Positions 54,108 through 63,275 of a DNA stretch of 64,000 nt are shown here, in pieces (position 1 is the stretch's first letter; each line of letters begins with the position of its first letter). The notes beneath the pieces were generated by a model, which did not search any database, was not told the DNA's origin, and worked only from the letters and a program-made list of their open reading frames with translations. Source of the stretch: an uncultured Methanomassiliicoccaceae archaeon (lineage in GTDB: Archaea > Thermoplasmatota > Thermoplasmata > Methanomassiliicoccales > JACIVX01); contig CAZJDY010000015.1 of the NCBI GenBank assembly GCA_964544915.1, positions 1,248 to 65,247 on the forward strand, given 5' to 3'. The position numbers and the translations under genes were made by a program.

Positions 54108-54875
54108 ATGTCTGTCTCAAAGAAGACGATCATACCCCTCTTCGGTGCTGTCTTCACTTTGCTGGTGTTCCTCCTTGTGTCGGTCTTCGCGAAAGAGAGT
54201 CTGGCTACCTATGCGACAATCCTTGCATTCTTCTTCGTGCTCTTCCTTATGATTCTCCTGTTCGCGAGGTTCGAGGAATCGGCAATCAGCTCGAAGGAGG
54301 TCGCATTAGTCGGGATTCTCGCGGCTATAACGGCCGCGGCCCGAATCCCCTTCGCAGCCCTGCCGAACATCCAGCCGTGTACGTTCCTGATAATCGCGAC
54401 CGGTATCGTGTTCGGGCCTCTGGCAGGAGTTATGGTCGGGAGCATGACAGCTGCAGTGTCGAACATGTTCCTCGGTCAGGGCCCTTGGACTGTCTGGCAG
54501 ATGGCCAGCTGGGGTTTGGTCGGCCTTCTGTCCGGGTTCATCGGCAAGAGAAGACAGCAGATCGGACCGCTCGGGATCGCCGTTCTGGGCGCGATTCTCG
54601 GCATGGTCTACAACACCATCATGGATTTCTCTAGCTGGGTGTGGCTATACGGTCTCGATCCGACAAAGTTCCTCGCTGTCTACTCTCTCGGACTTCCATT
54701 CGGCATCGCCCATTCGATAGGAAATGTGGTCTTCGCGTTGGCGCTGGGAAAGCCGGTGCTCTTTGCGTTCAGGAGGTTCCAGCGAAGATTCCACGTCGCG
54801 TATGTCGACGAGGGCTTGCCGAGAACTCAGGCAGGTGGAGGAGTCGATGAGTTGGTCAGTCAAGAGAGAACTTGA
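54108..54875 (+). CDS. ECF transporter substrate-capture (S) component-like membrane protein
   Basis: ATG 54108 lies 1 nt after the ATPase stop. About 6 helices. AARIPFAALPNIQPCTFLII is an S-component-like motif. Substrate unknown. Confidence 0.6.
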   Translation: MSVSKKTIIPLFGAVFTLLVFLLVSVFAKESLATYATILAFFFVLFLMILLFARFEESAISSKEVALVGILAAITAAARIPFAALPNIQPCTFLIIATGIVFGPLAGVMVGSMTAAVSNMFLGQGPWTVWQMASWGLVGLLSGFIGKRRQQIGPLGIAVLGAILGMVYNTIMDFSSWVWLYGLDPTKFLAVYSLGLPFGIAHSIGNVVFALALGKPVLFAFRRFQRRFHVAYVDEGLPRTQAGGGVDELVSQERT

Positions 54876-54931
54876 GGCTTCTCATAACGCGTCATTAGCC
54901 GCTGGACAGTATGTCTCGCGGTCGATTCTCC

Positions 54932-55666
54932 TCACTTCACCTCAGGGACTGCCTCGGGGTTGAAGGGATTGGTCCTAACAGCAAGTGAGAACAGGTAGGG
55001 GTAGTCATCCTTCAGGTGCTTCATATAGCTCAACCACTCCCTGACAAGCAGAGTGTATGCCCTTTTCGCGTCATTTGCGAGATGCACAAGATCCGACTCA
55101 GGTATCTCCGTCACGTACTTCCTGGCTCCGAGCTCCTCTGTCAGGTGGAACACCGCCCATAGCAGCTCCGTGAATTCCTCATGTTCGAGCAGGTTCGGGT
55201 TCTGCAGAAGGCCGAGCAAGAACTCCCTCTTCTGCTTGAGGAAGTCCCCGAGGCGCCTCATGTCGCCTCTCTCAGCGACGATTTTGTACTGATAGCTCTT
55301 GATGCGCTCTGCCGCATCCTGGAACTCCTTGTCAGGCCACTCATTCTTCACCTCGAGCTCTTTCCTGACTTTCCCAACTTCCGTGTCGAGGCCAGACATA
55401 TCCCTGATAAGACTCGTTCCGACCTCGCTGTAGAAGGCTCCAATGACCATATTGAGCTTCTTTAGCATCGCGCTTTTGTCTCTCCGAGAGAGGAGTGCTT
55501 CGATAATTAATGTGACCATAAGCACGCTTATGAAAACGAAGGCGATGTTCATCAGCAGCCAGTAGTATATGTTGTACGAATCTCTGTAAACCTCGTAATG
55601 AATTAAGTAGGTTATCACCGAAGCTATGATCAGGATCGCTCCTATCTTGATCTGCCATCTGTCCAT
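54932..55666 (-). CDS. Hypothetical protein with two N-terminal TM helices and a helical cytoplasmic domain
   Basis: 244 aa. No family recognised. Confidence 0.5.
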   Translation of the reverse strand: MDRWQIKIGAILIIASVITYLIHYEVYRDSYNIYYWLLMNIAFVFISVLMVTLIIEALLSRRDKSAMLKKLNMVIGAFYSEVGTSLIRDMSGLDTEVGKVRKELEVKNEWPDKEFQDAAERIKSYQYKIVAERGDMRRLGDFLKQKREFLLGLLQNPNLLEHEEFTELLWAVFHLTEELGARKYVTEIPESDLVHLANDAKRAYTLLVREWLSYMKHLKDDYPYLFSLAVRTNPFNPEAVPEVK

Positions 55667-55813
55667 TCTTCATCGCTCCCCTTCGGTCTTGTCCGTTTCC
55701 AAATCAACCCGTCACTGACAGACTACCTTTGCGCAGACGTAGCAACTTCTCCTTATACGTTTGCCCATCGCGTCACAGGGAAAACCGAAACTCTGTTCTG
55801 AAGGAATGTCCAT

Positions 55814-57913
55814 CTAACCATTCTTGAGCATCTTCATCATCGTGTCAGCATCGGTGGTCGGTTCCCTGCAAGAGCGATTCGAGCACACGTATGCTGTCGT
55901 TTTGCCGTCGATCGCGAGCTTGCCGGCGATCGTCTTTGCCAGAACAGGAGCAGATCCCCCTCCCATTGTTGGGTTCAAGATGACGACCAGATTCGGTAGG
56001 AATCCCTCCCTCAGGGTGCGTATCATCACTTTCGTCCCCGAGTTCTCCGGATCGCCGGCTATCACCACATCGAACGACGGTCCGAAGGCGAAATCCAATG
56101 CGATAAGTGACTGTGTGTATGCTTCCGGCATCGTCGATACTTCTCTGGAGAACCGCCGCGCGACCCGATATGCCATCCTCTCCAGTTCCAGATCGTCAGT
56201 CAAATGGGACAGCTTCAACAGGTCGAGCATGGCGACAGAGTTGCCGGAAGGCAAGTCGCCGTCGTGCGACTCCTTCTTCCTGACAACGACCTCCTCCGCG
56301 TCAGCCGTTGTGAAGAAGAACCCGCCTTCCGAGTCATCCCAGAACAGATCTATCATTGTCCTCGTCATATTCATTGCATCTTGGAGGAACTTGGTGTCGA
56401 ATGAGGATTCGTAGAGCTCTATGAATCCCCAGATTAGGAATGCATAATCGTCCAGGAACCCCTCGACTGCCGCCTCGCCATCCCTGAAGCGATGATAGAG
56501 GCGCCCATTCGAATGCCTCATGTTGTTGAGAAAGAACTCTGCCGCCCTTACGGCAGACTTCTCGTAGCCCTTGCACCCAAATGCCTGGGCTGCCTTGGCG
56601 AAAGCGGCGATCATCAATCCATTCCAGTCGGCAAGGACCTTATCATCCCTCTGCGGGCGAATCCTTTTCTCCCTCAGGTCGAAGAGCTTCTTTGATGCAA
56701 TTGCCAGGACATCTCGCAGTTCTTCCGTGGTCATGTCCATTTGCGAAGCCATTTCGTTCAATGGTCCGGTCAGATACAAGACGTTGCTCTTTGATTCCCC
56801 GTTCTCGCGCCCCTCCCCGATATTGCCATACGAAGTCATGTTGAAAACCTTTGCGAATGCCCGTGCCTCCCGAGGAGACAGCACCTGTTCGATCTCGTCG
56901 AGGGTCCACAGATAGTGCTTCCCCTCGACACCCTCACTGTCAGCATCCTCCGCAGAGTAGAACGCCCCATCGGGTGACGTCATCTGTCTGGTGACATACT
57001 CCAGGATTTCTCGCACGGTCTGCGCATACTCGTCCTTCTTCGTGGCCTGATACGCTTCGGTGTATGCTATTGACATGAGCGCCTGGTCGTAGAGCATCTT
57101 CTCGAAATGGGGCAGGATCCAAGCCCTGTCCGTTGAGTATCGATGGAATCCTTGACCGATATGATCATGGATGCCTCCCCGCCTCATCTGGGTAAGGGTT
57201 TCCTCCACAATTCTCAGCGCCCTCTCTTTTCCTGTTCTCTTCCAGTAATGCAGTAGAAACGCCAGCTTCTCCGGGGTCGGGAACTTCGGAGCGTCTCCGA
57301 AGCCTCCATATCTTTCATCGAACGAGTCAGAAAGTCGCTCGAAGGCTTCGTCCAGTATTGTGATGTCCGGGTTCTCCTCCGCCTCCGTGCGATCGGTTTC
57401 TTTCAGCGCGGAGCCGACTCTGTCGGAGATATCCCCGACCTTGTCCCTCTGGTACATCCAGATATTCCGGACGTTCGGGATCAGCTCCTTCATCCCTATC
57501 CGGCTGAAGATGCTCTCCTTCGGGATGTAGGTCGTCGCGAAGAACGGCTTCTTGTCGGGCGTCATTATGATGGACAAGGGCCATCCGCCGCTACCAGTCA
57601 TCATCTGGCAGGCTGTCATGTAGACCTTGTCAATATCCGGTCGCTCCTCCCTGTCGACCTTGATGCACACGAAGGCCTCGTTCATCATATTCGCGATCTC
57701 GAGATCCTCGAAGGACTCCCTTTCCATTACATGGCACCAGTGGCAGGTCGAGTATCCTATTGAGAGAAAGACAGGTCTGTCCTCGGTCCTGGCCTTTTCG
57801 AAAGCCTCTTCCCCCCATGGATACCAGTCCACAGGATTGTACGCGTGTTGGAGCAGGTAGGGGCTCTTCTCGGAGATCAGCCGGTTTGGGCGCCGATCAG
57901 CTTCCGGCCGCAT
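55814..57913 (-). CDS. Thioredoxin-domain protein of the DUF255/YyaL family (thioredoxin fold plus six-hairpin domain)
   Basis: 699 aa. [22 protein letters not shown]...[14 protein letters not shown]. Confidence 0.85.
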   Translation of the reverse strand: MRPEADRRPNRLISEKSPYLLQHAYNPVDWYPWGEEAFEKARTEDRPVFLSIGYSTCHWCHVMERESFEDLEIANMMNEAFVCIKVDREERPDIDKVYMTACQMMTGSGGWPLSIIMTPDKKPFFATTYIPKESIFSRIGMKELIPNVRNIWMYQRDKVGDISDRVGSALKETDRTEAEENPDITILDEAFERLSDSFDERYGGFGDAPKFPTPEKLAFLLHYWKRTGKERALRIVEETLTQMRRGGIHDHIGQGFHRYSTDRAWILPHFEKMLYDQALMSIAYTEAYQATKKDEYAQTVREILEYVTRQMTSPDGAFYSAEDADSEGVEGKHYLWTLDEIEQVLSPREARAFAKVFNMTSYGNIGEGRENGESKSNVLYLTGPLNEMASQMDMTTEELRDVLAIASKKLFDLREKRIRPQRDDKVLADWNGLMIAAFAKAAQAFGCKGYEKSAVRAAEFFLNNMRHSNGRLYHRFRDGEAAVEGFLDDYAFLIWGFIELYESSFDTKFLQDAMNMTRTMIDLFWDDSEGGFFFTTADAEEVVVRKKESHDGDLPSGNSVAMLDLLKLSHLTDDLELERMAYRVARRFSREVSTMPEAYTQSLIALDFAFGPSFDVVIAGDPENSGTKVMIRTLREGFLPNLVVILNPTMGGGSAPVLAKTIAGKLAIDGKTTAYVCSNRSCREPTTDADTMMKMLKNG

Positions 57914-58331
57914 GCTCGTGCTCTTCCACGCTTTCCTTCTTGCGAGGCTCGATCTTTATTCCCTTTCGCTTATAGTAATCCTCGATCGCTGCGTGCAGAG
58001 CGTCGGCCGCAAGGTTCGAGCAGTGCATCTTGATTGGTGGAAGTCCTTCCAGTGCGTTCGCGACGTCGCCCCTGGTTATTCTCAACGCTTCCTCGATTGT
58101 CTTCCCATTCGCAAGTTCAGTGATCATGCTGCTGGTGGCTATCGCCGCCCCGCAGCCGAAAGTCCTGAACTTGATGTCACTGATCACTTCGTCCTTGACC
58201 TTAATCTGGATCTCCATCATATCCCCGCACACGGGGTTGCCTACGCGTCCAACACCATCAGGGTCCTTTATCGTCCCGACGTTCCTCGGGTTCCTGAAGT
58301 GGTCCATACATCTGTCAGTATACACACTCAC
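57897..58331 (-). CDS. iscU: Fe-S cluster scaffold IscU/NifU N-terminal type
   Basis: HFRNPRNVG...GNPVCGDMM...[11 protein letters not shown]...HCSNLA. The start is probably GTG 58331 or 58325, or ATG 58307, abutting the nifS stop; ORF-track 58430 is unlikely. Confidence 0.85.
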   Translation of the reverse strand: MSVYTDRCMDHFRNPRNVGTIKDPDGVGRVGNPVCGDMMEIQIKVKDEVISDIKFRTFGCGAAIATSSMITELANGKTIEEALRITRGDVANALEGLPPIKMHCSNLAADALHAAIEDYYKRKGIKIEPRKKESVEEHEHAAGS

Positions 58332-59500
58332 ACCTCCGTCTCCGGGGTCAGCGGGGACATCTTCCTCAGAAGGTCCACCACCCCCGGAACGTTCTCTAGA
58401 ACGTAATCCACATCCTTCTCGGTCGTCCATCTTCCCGTCGTCAGAAGGAGCGTTCCCTGCGCTTCCTCCGCCGGAACGCCCATTCCCCTCAAGACATGCG
58501 ACGGCTCAAGGGTCTTTGAGCTGCAGGCAGAGCTTGTCGCCGCGGCGATTCCCAGATCGTTCAGTCTGAGTATCAGCGCCTCGCCCTCTATGTAATTGAA
58601 CCTGAAGTTGACGTTGTTTGGAGCGCGTTTGTCTGGATGTCCATTAAGGATCGCTCCCTTCGTTCTCGATCCGATCCCTCTTATCATCCTGTCCCGGAAT
58701 GCCTTCAGCCTGGCGCTCTCCCCCGTCATCTCCTTCCTCGCCAGCTCAGCCGCTTTTCCGAAGCCCACTATTCCTGGCACGTTCTCGGAGCCGGAACGCA
58801 ATCCTCTTTCCTGTCCGCCTCCGTGAATCAGCGGCTCTATCTTCACTCCCTTCCTTATGTAAAGCGCCCCGACGCCCTTCGGGCCGCAGATATCGTTCGA
58901 TGACATCGACATGAGATCGATGTTCTCGCTTCGAACATCGACCGCCATCCTCCCGACGGCCGGAACCCCGTCCACATGCATGTAGGCTCCATGGTCCCTG
59001 GCTACCTTGCCGATCTCCCTGATCGCTTGCACAGTGCCGACCTCGCCATTCGCATAAGTGACCGAAACGAGTGTGGTATCTTTCGTTATGGCCGCCTCTA
59101 TGCTTGCAGGGTCAACGAATCCGAAGCTGTCCACAGGAACGAAAGTCACGTTGAAACCCTTGGTCGTGAGGGACTTCGCCGTGTTAAGCACGGACATGTG
59201 TTCGATCGTCGTCGTTATCAGATTCTTGCCCTTATCCGCATTCCTGTAGGCTACGCCCTTCAACGCCATGTTGATGGATTCGGTCGCGCCTGATGTGAAC
59301 ACGATCTCTCTCGGTCTCTCTGCGTTTATCAGATCGGTGACCTGCTGTCGACCATTCTCGATTGCTTCCCGCGTCTCCGCACCGACGTTGTGTATGCTCG
59401 AGGGGTTGCCGAACCTCTCGGAGACGTATGGCAGCATCGCCTCTGAGACCCTGGGGTCAACAGGGGAAGCGCTTGCGTAGTCCATATACACTGTTTTCAA
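58328..59500 (-). CDS. nifS: Cysteine desulfurase (NifS/IscS class)
   Basis: 390 aa. Class-V aminotransferase pattern: SSIHNVG...TSGATESIN...LMSMSSNDICGPKGVGALY...SSACSS. Confidence 0.9.
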   Translation of the reverse strand: MKTVYMDYASASPVDPRVSEAMLPYVSERFGNPSSIHNVGAETREAIENGRQQVTDLINAERPREIVFTSGATESINMALKGVAYRNADKGKNLITTTIEHMSVLNTAKSLTTKGFNVTFVPVDSFGFVDPASIEAAITKDTTLVSVTYANGEVGTVQAIREIGKVARDHGAYMHVDGVPAVGRMAVDVRSENIDLMSMSSNDICGPKGVGALYIRKGVKIEPLIHGGGQERGLRSGSENVPGIVGFGKAAELARKEMTGESARLKAFRDRMIRGIGSRTKGAILNGHPDKRAPNNVNFRFNYIEGEALILRLNDLGIAAATSSACSSKTLEPSHVLRGMGVPAEEAQGTLLLTTGRWTTEKDVDYVLENVPGVVDLLRKMSPLTPETEV

Positions 59501-59511
59501 TCTGATCCCTG

Positions 59512-59880
59512 CTAGAATGAGATTATCGAGTCGGCCTCAAGCGCCAGATCGTTCAGGGTAGCAGCCCCGACCACCTTGGTGTAGCTGACGAAGTCTCCTC
59601 TGGACAGGCCCAGTAGCTGCGTGCTCTGGTCGCAGACGTACATCTTCACACCGGCCTTGCTCGCCTGATCCATGACTTCTTTGAGAGACGGGAACGACCC
59701 GATCTTGATCTTCTCCGCCTCGCCCTTCTTGACTCCGCTCACTCCCGTGATGAGGAAGTATATCGTCGCGTCGATGTCCATCGCAGCCGCAGTGGTTGCG
59801 AGTATGAATGGCGCGTACAGTCTCTCGGGATGGTCAGTTCCAGATGTCTGGATGTAAAGTATCTTCTTCTTATCAGCCAA
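59512..59880 (-). CDS. DsrE/DsrF-like sulfur-relay family protein
   Basis: 122 aa. KKILYIQTSG...ATIYFLITGV...MYVCDQS. Confidence 0.65.
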   Translation of the reverse strand: MADKKKILYIQTSGTDHPERLYAPFILATTAAAMDIDATIYFLITGVSGVKKGEAEKIKIGSFPSLKEVMDQASKAGVKMYVCDQSTQLLGLSRGDFVSYTKVVGAATLNDLALEADSIISF

Positions 59881-59891
59881 TCAGATTCCTC

Positions 59892-60152
59892 CTAACCTTT
59901 CTTCACTAATATCCTCAGTCTCCCGTTCTCCTTCTCGATGAGCAGGACCTCGTTTCCCGTTCTCTTGGCCCACCGCTCGATGTCCTCCTCGGCTGCAGGG
60001 TCGTCTGCCAGTATCTCCAATACTTGTCCTTTCGAGAGTTCTTCGATCCCTTCTCTGGTCTTCAATATCGGCACTGGACAGTATAGTCCAATTGCGTCGA
60101 GTGTCTTTTCGACCTTGATTACCTCACCAGAGGTCTCGCTTTTCTTTCCCAT
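59892..60152 (-). CDS. tusA: TusA/SirA-like sulfurtransferase
   Basis: 86 aa. LDAIGLYCPVPILKT with the CPxP motif. Confidence 0.8.
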   Translation of the reverse strand: MGKKSETSGEVIKVEKTLDAIGLYCPVPILKTREGIEELSKGQVLEILADDPAAEEDIERWAKRTGNEVLLIEKENGRLRILVKKG

Positions 60153-60382
60153 GTTCTCCCTACCTTAACGATGGTTATGGTACTATTTGATATAGTCGAT
60201 TCCCCGAACCTGTTAGGTCACGGCTACGCTTGACCGAGGAGTCTAAGAGCGGAGGCTGCTTTCGGCGGCGCATTTGCAGTGCTCGACAAATCAGATGATA
60301 ACTCCTTAGATAAAATCTCATCGGGTGTCCGCATCGGCTCCTACGGCAAGAAAGGCTGACCGTTCCAATACTGTCACTCGGT

Positions 60383-60898
60383 TCAGTACTTGTTGTAGGA
60401 GACTAGCTCTGTGAGGTTCTTCCTGTCGGTCCGCTCCATCTCCTCAGCTGGATAGCCTAGCGGGGTTAGGGCGACGACCTTCGCTTCCTGCGGTACTCCG
60501 ACCGTCTCCGCTACCTTCTCCTCTTTGAACGAACCGATCCAGCAGGTTCCAAGTCCCTCCGACGCTGCGGCGAGCATCAGGTGGTCCAGGACGATGGCGA
60601 CGTCGACCGGATAACTGTTCATGTATCCGCCCATGATTGGATACGCCTCGTCAGGCAGACCACAGGCCACGAGAACGACAGGCGCCTCGGCGACGAAGCG
60701 CTGGTTGTTGCAGGCCGGTACGAGCTTTCTTTTTATGTCCTCATCCGTTACGACGATGATCTTCCAGGGCTGGAAATTCTCCGCGGTGGGGGCCATCCTG
60801 GCTGCGTTCAAGATCTTCTTCAGCGACTCCTCCGGGACAGGGTCGCGTCTGTATTTCCTCACGCTCTTTCTCGATTTGATTGTTTCGTACAAATCCAC
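60383..60898 (-). CDS. Nitroreductase family protein
   Basis: 171 aa. ETIKSRKSVRKY...APTAENFQPW. Confidence 0.85.
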   Translation of the reverse strand: MDLYETIKSRKSVRKYRRDPVPEESLKKILNAARMAPTAENFQPWKIIVVTDEDIKRKLVPACNNQRFVAEAPVVLVACGLPDEAYPIMGGYMNSYPVDVAIVLDHLMLAAASEGLGTCWIGSFKEEKVAETVGVPQEAKVVALTPLGYPAEEMERTDRKNLTELVSYNKY

Positions 60899-61271
60899 AG
60901 AATCACTCCATGATGCACCCGATTGAGTTCATTCTCCTTGCCTCAAAAATGATCTAGGAGGTGACAGCTCCCCGTCGAAGTCGCCCGAGAGCAGAACACT
61001 TCTCCGAGCCTCGTTGCTTTCCCTCCTGAGGTACAGCAAGCAATGCTCCGCACGCACAAATCCGCGCATTGACACGGTAATTTCTGGTAATGTGATTTTT
61101 GATATTAATCCTTTCGGAGAGAGTGACTCGTCCGTCAGCGAATTGCCAGGCTCGTGGAATGGGGTCAATGTGTCGGCACGAATGTGTCTAGTACTGAACG
61201 ATCGACCTTCGTCATTCGGTCCACCGAAGTGAAGGGACACCGGAGCGAAGAGGGACGGTCTTTTCTCGAGG

Positions 61272-63071
61272 CTACATGTTGATTCGGTCGCTCAACTTCT
61301 TTGTTGCAGAGGCGACCGCTCCGTTCGCGATCTTTCTGCTCTTCCTCACCCCAGGCTTATTGGCGGTGACAGCCGGGGCTGAGCTCCATTCTTCGACCCG
61401 ATTCGCATTTCCGGATTGTAGCAAGTATGGGATTACTCGGTCCGCCATCTCTTCCATCAGCTCGATGCCGGTGACCTGGCGAGCCCGCTCGCTCAGCGAG
61501 ACGACGTCGTCCCTGTCCAGGAACGTGAGTTTGAACTTCCTCGATCCCGCCATTAGCTGCTTGAGCCCTTCTCCGACGCGGTCGACGAAGCAGGTGTAAA
61601 GGCCGATTGCACCCCACGGGATATCCTTTCCAATGATGAGATCTGGATGTGTGCGCTTGAACTCCTGTGCCATTATGAAGAACTTCCTCGGATCCTCCCC
61701 GTATTCGTCCGCAAACCCCTTGGGGAGCTTCTTCGATTCGGCCAGTCTAGTGAAGTAGCCGGATTTCATGACCGTGAGGAGAGGCGCTCGAGCCATGGCT
61801 ATCGCCTTTATGACAGGTCCATCCCCGAGATTGCTCATCGCTATGGACTTGAACATCTGGGTCTCGTTCACGAACCCGCCCGCCATGGCTATGTCGGGGA
61901 TGAACTTTCCCTTCTTTTTCAGGATCTGGACGCACTTGAGCACTTGGGCTTCGAGGTGAATCGTCGGCGTGCTCGATTCATTCATCATTGGCACGGGGCT
62001 CATGCCAGTGCCCCCGCCGGCGCCATCGATTGTCAAGAGGTCGATCTTGGCATCCGAAGCAACCCTCAGAGTGAACGCCACGACGGCTGGCCTGTAGGCT
62101 CCAGTTTTCAGGAAGACGTACTTCGCTCCCTTTTCCCGAAGGGATTCCACATCCTCGACGAATGACTTCTCGTTTGGGAAACCGACGCGACTGTGCCTCT
62201 CGAACGTCTTGAAGGTGCCCGACCTGAACTCTTCCTGGACCATCTTTTCCTCCGGGTCAGGCAATACGAGGTACCCTCTCCTCTTCAGCTCCAGCGCTCT
62301 CTCGATGGAGCCCAGTCTGACCTCACCACCGATCGACTTGGCGCCTTGCCCCCACTTCCTCTCGATGATGTCGACCTCCAGCTTCGACATCGCGTAGTCA
62401 TCGACCGCCGCCCTCTGATCCTCAACGTTGGTCTGGACGGCGATGTTGCCATTTTCTCCATCCCAAAGCTCTCGGTAGGTCTTAATCCTCCAAGCCAGGT
62501 CCGGCGATGCCTTGACCATGCCATTCGAATAGGATGCGTCTGGGTCCATGCCGCAGACGTTCTCTCCGATCACCTGAATGGTTCCCGCGAGCGCGGCCCC
62601 CTTGGCCAATCCATCCCAGTTCTTCTTTGCCACTGCCGTTGAGCCCAATCCCGCAATCATGAGTGGAACCTTCAGTCTGATCGGCTTCTTCGAATGGTTG
62701 GCAACCGAAGTGCTGATGTCGACGTTCTCAAAGAATGCCTTGTCTGGGCTGGGCTCGATACCCCAAGCGCCGAGAAGATCCGAAAGGATTTGGAAATGCG
62801 ACCAATCCAGCATGAAATCCTTATTTGAAGCTGCAGTGCTGACTCCGAAGTATTCCGGGCTCGGGTAGAGTACCTCCCTCCCGCGGAATGCTGATTTCCC
62901 CACCTCGCACAACATGGGGCATTCTTCTATGCACAAGGGACACATCCCGCTGAGCGGGCTCACATCTGAGACACGCGTGCGCGTGCCACTAGTGGTTCTC
63001 GCATTCTCCGTGATATGCATCGAGTCACCGTACCCTGACAAAGATTGCCTTGCTATGATAAAGCATAGCAA
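61272..63071 (-). CDS. FMN-dependent glutamate-synthase-domain-2-like protein with N-terminal Cys cluster
   Basis: CPLCIEECPMLCE...IDGAGGGTGMSP...GG. The start may be ATG 63020 (MHITEN) rather than 63071. Confidence 0.8.
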   Translation of the reverse strand: MLCFIIARQSLSGYGDSMHITENARTTSGTRTRVSDVSPLSGMCPLCIEECPMLCEVGKSAFRGREVLYPSPEYFGVSTAASNKDFMLDWSHFQILSDLLGAWGIEPSPDKAFFENVDISTSVANHSKKPIRLKVPLMIAGLGSTAVAKKNWDGLAKGAALAGTIQVIGENVCGMDPDASYSNGMVKASPDLAWRIKTYRELWDGENGNIAVQTNVEDQRAAVDDYAMSKLEVDIIERKWGQGAKSIGGEVRLGSIERALELKRRGYLVLPDPEEKMVQEEFRSGTFKTFERHSRVGFPNEKSFVEDVESLREKGAKYVFLKTGAYRPAVVAFTLRVASDAKIDLLTIDGAGGGTGMSPVPMMNESSTPTIHLEAQVLKCVQILKKKGKFIPDIAMAGGFVNETQMFKSIAMSNLGDGPVIKAIAMARAPLLTVMKSGYFTRLAESKKLPKGFADEYGEDPRKFFIMAQEFKRTHPDLIIGKDIPWGAIGLYTCFVDRVGEGLKQLMAGSRKFKLTFLDRDDVVSLSERARQVTGIELMEEMADRVIPYLLQSGNANRVEEWSSAPAVTANKPGVRKSRKIANGAVASATKKLSDRINM

Positions 63072-63275
63072 CGGGCATTAGGACGCGACTATTTGTATCT
63101 TTTGAAGTGAAAACGCTGAATTCGTGAAGGAATCTACGCGATGCGTCAACTCTTCTTCGCAATTCGTCGATGGGAGATTGCATCTTTTTCCGGGGGAGGA
63201 TAAGATTCTGCCGCGGATTCTGTAGCAGAATCACCCGGGCAATCGCGAAAGGGTTTATACTGCGATTGGCGTTAG

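Noticed and set aside
60929-61240. 103-aa minus-strand ORF between the nitroreductase and glutamate-synthase-like genes
   Set aside because: It has no motif, no ribosome-binding context that I could see, and it overlaps an equally unconvincing plus-strand ORF. Left unannotated.
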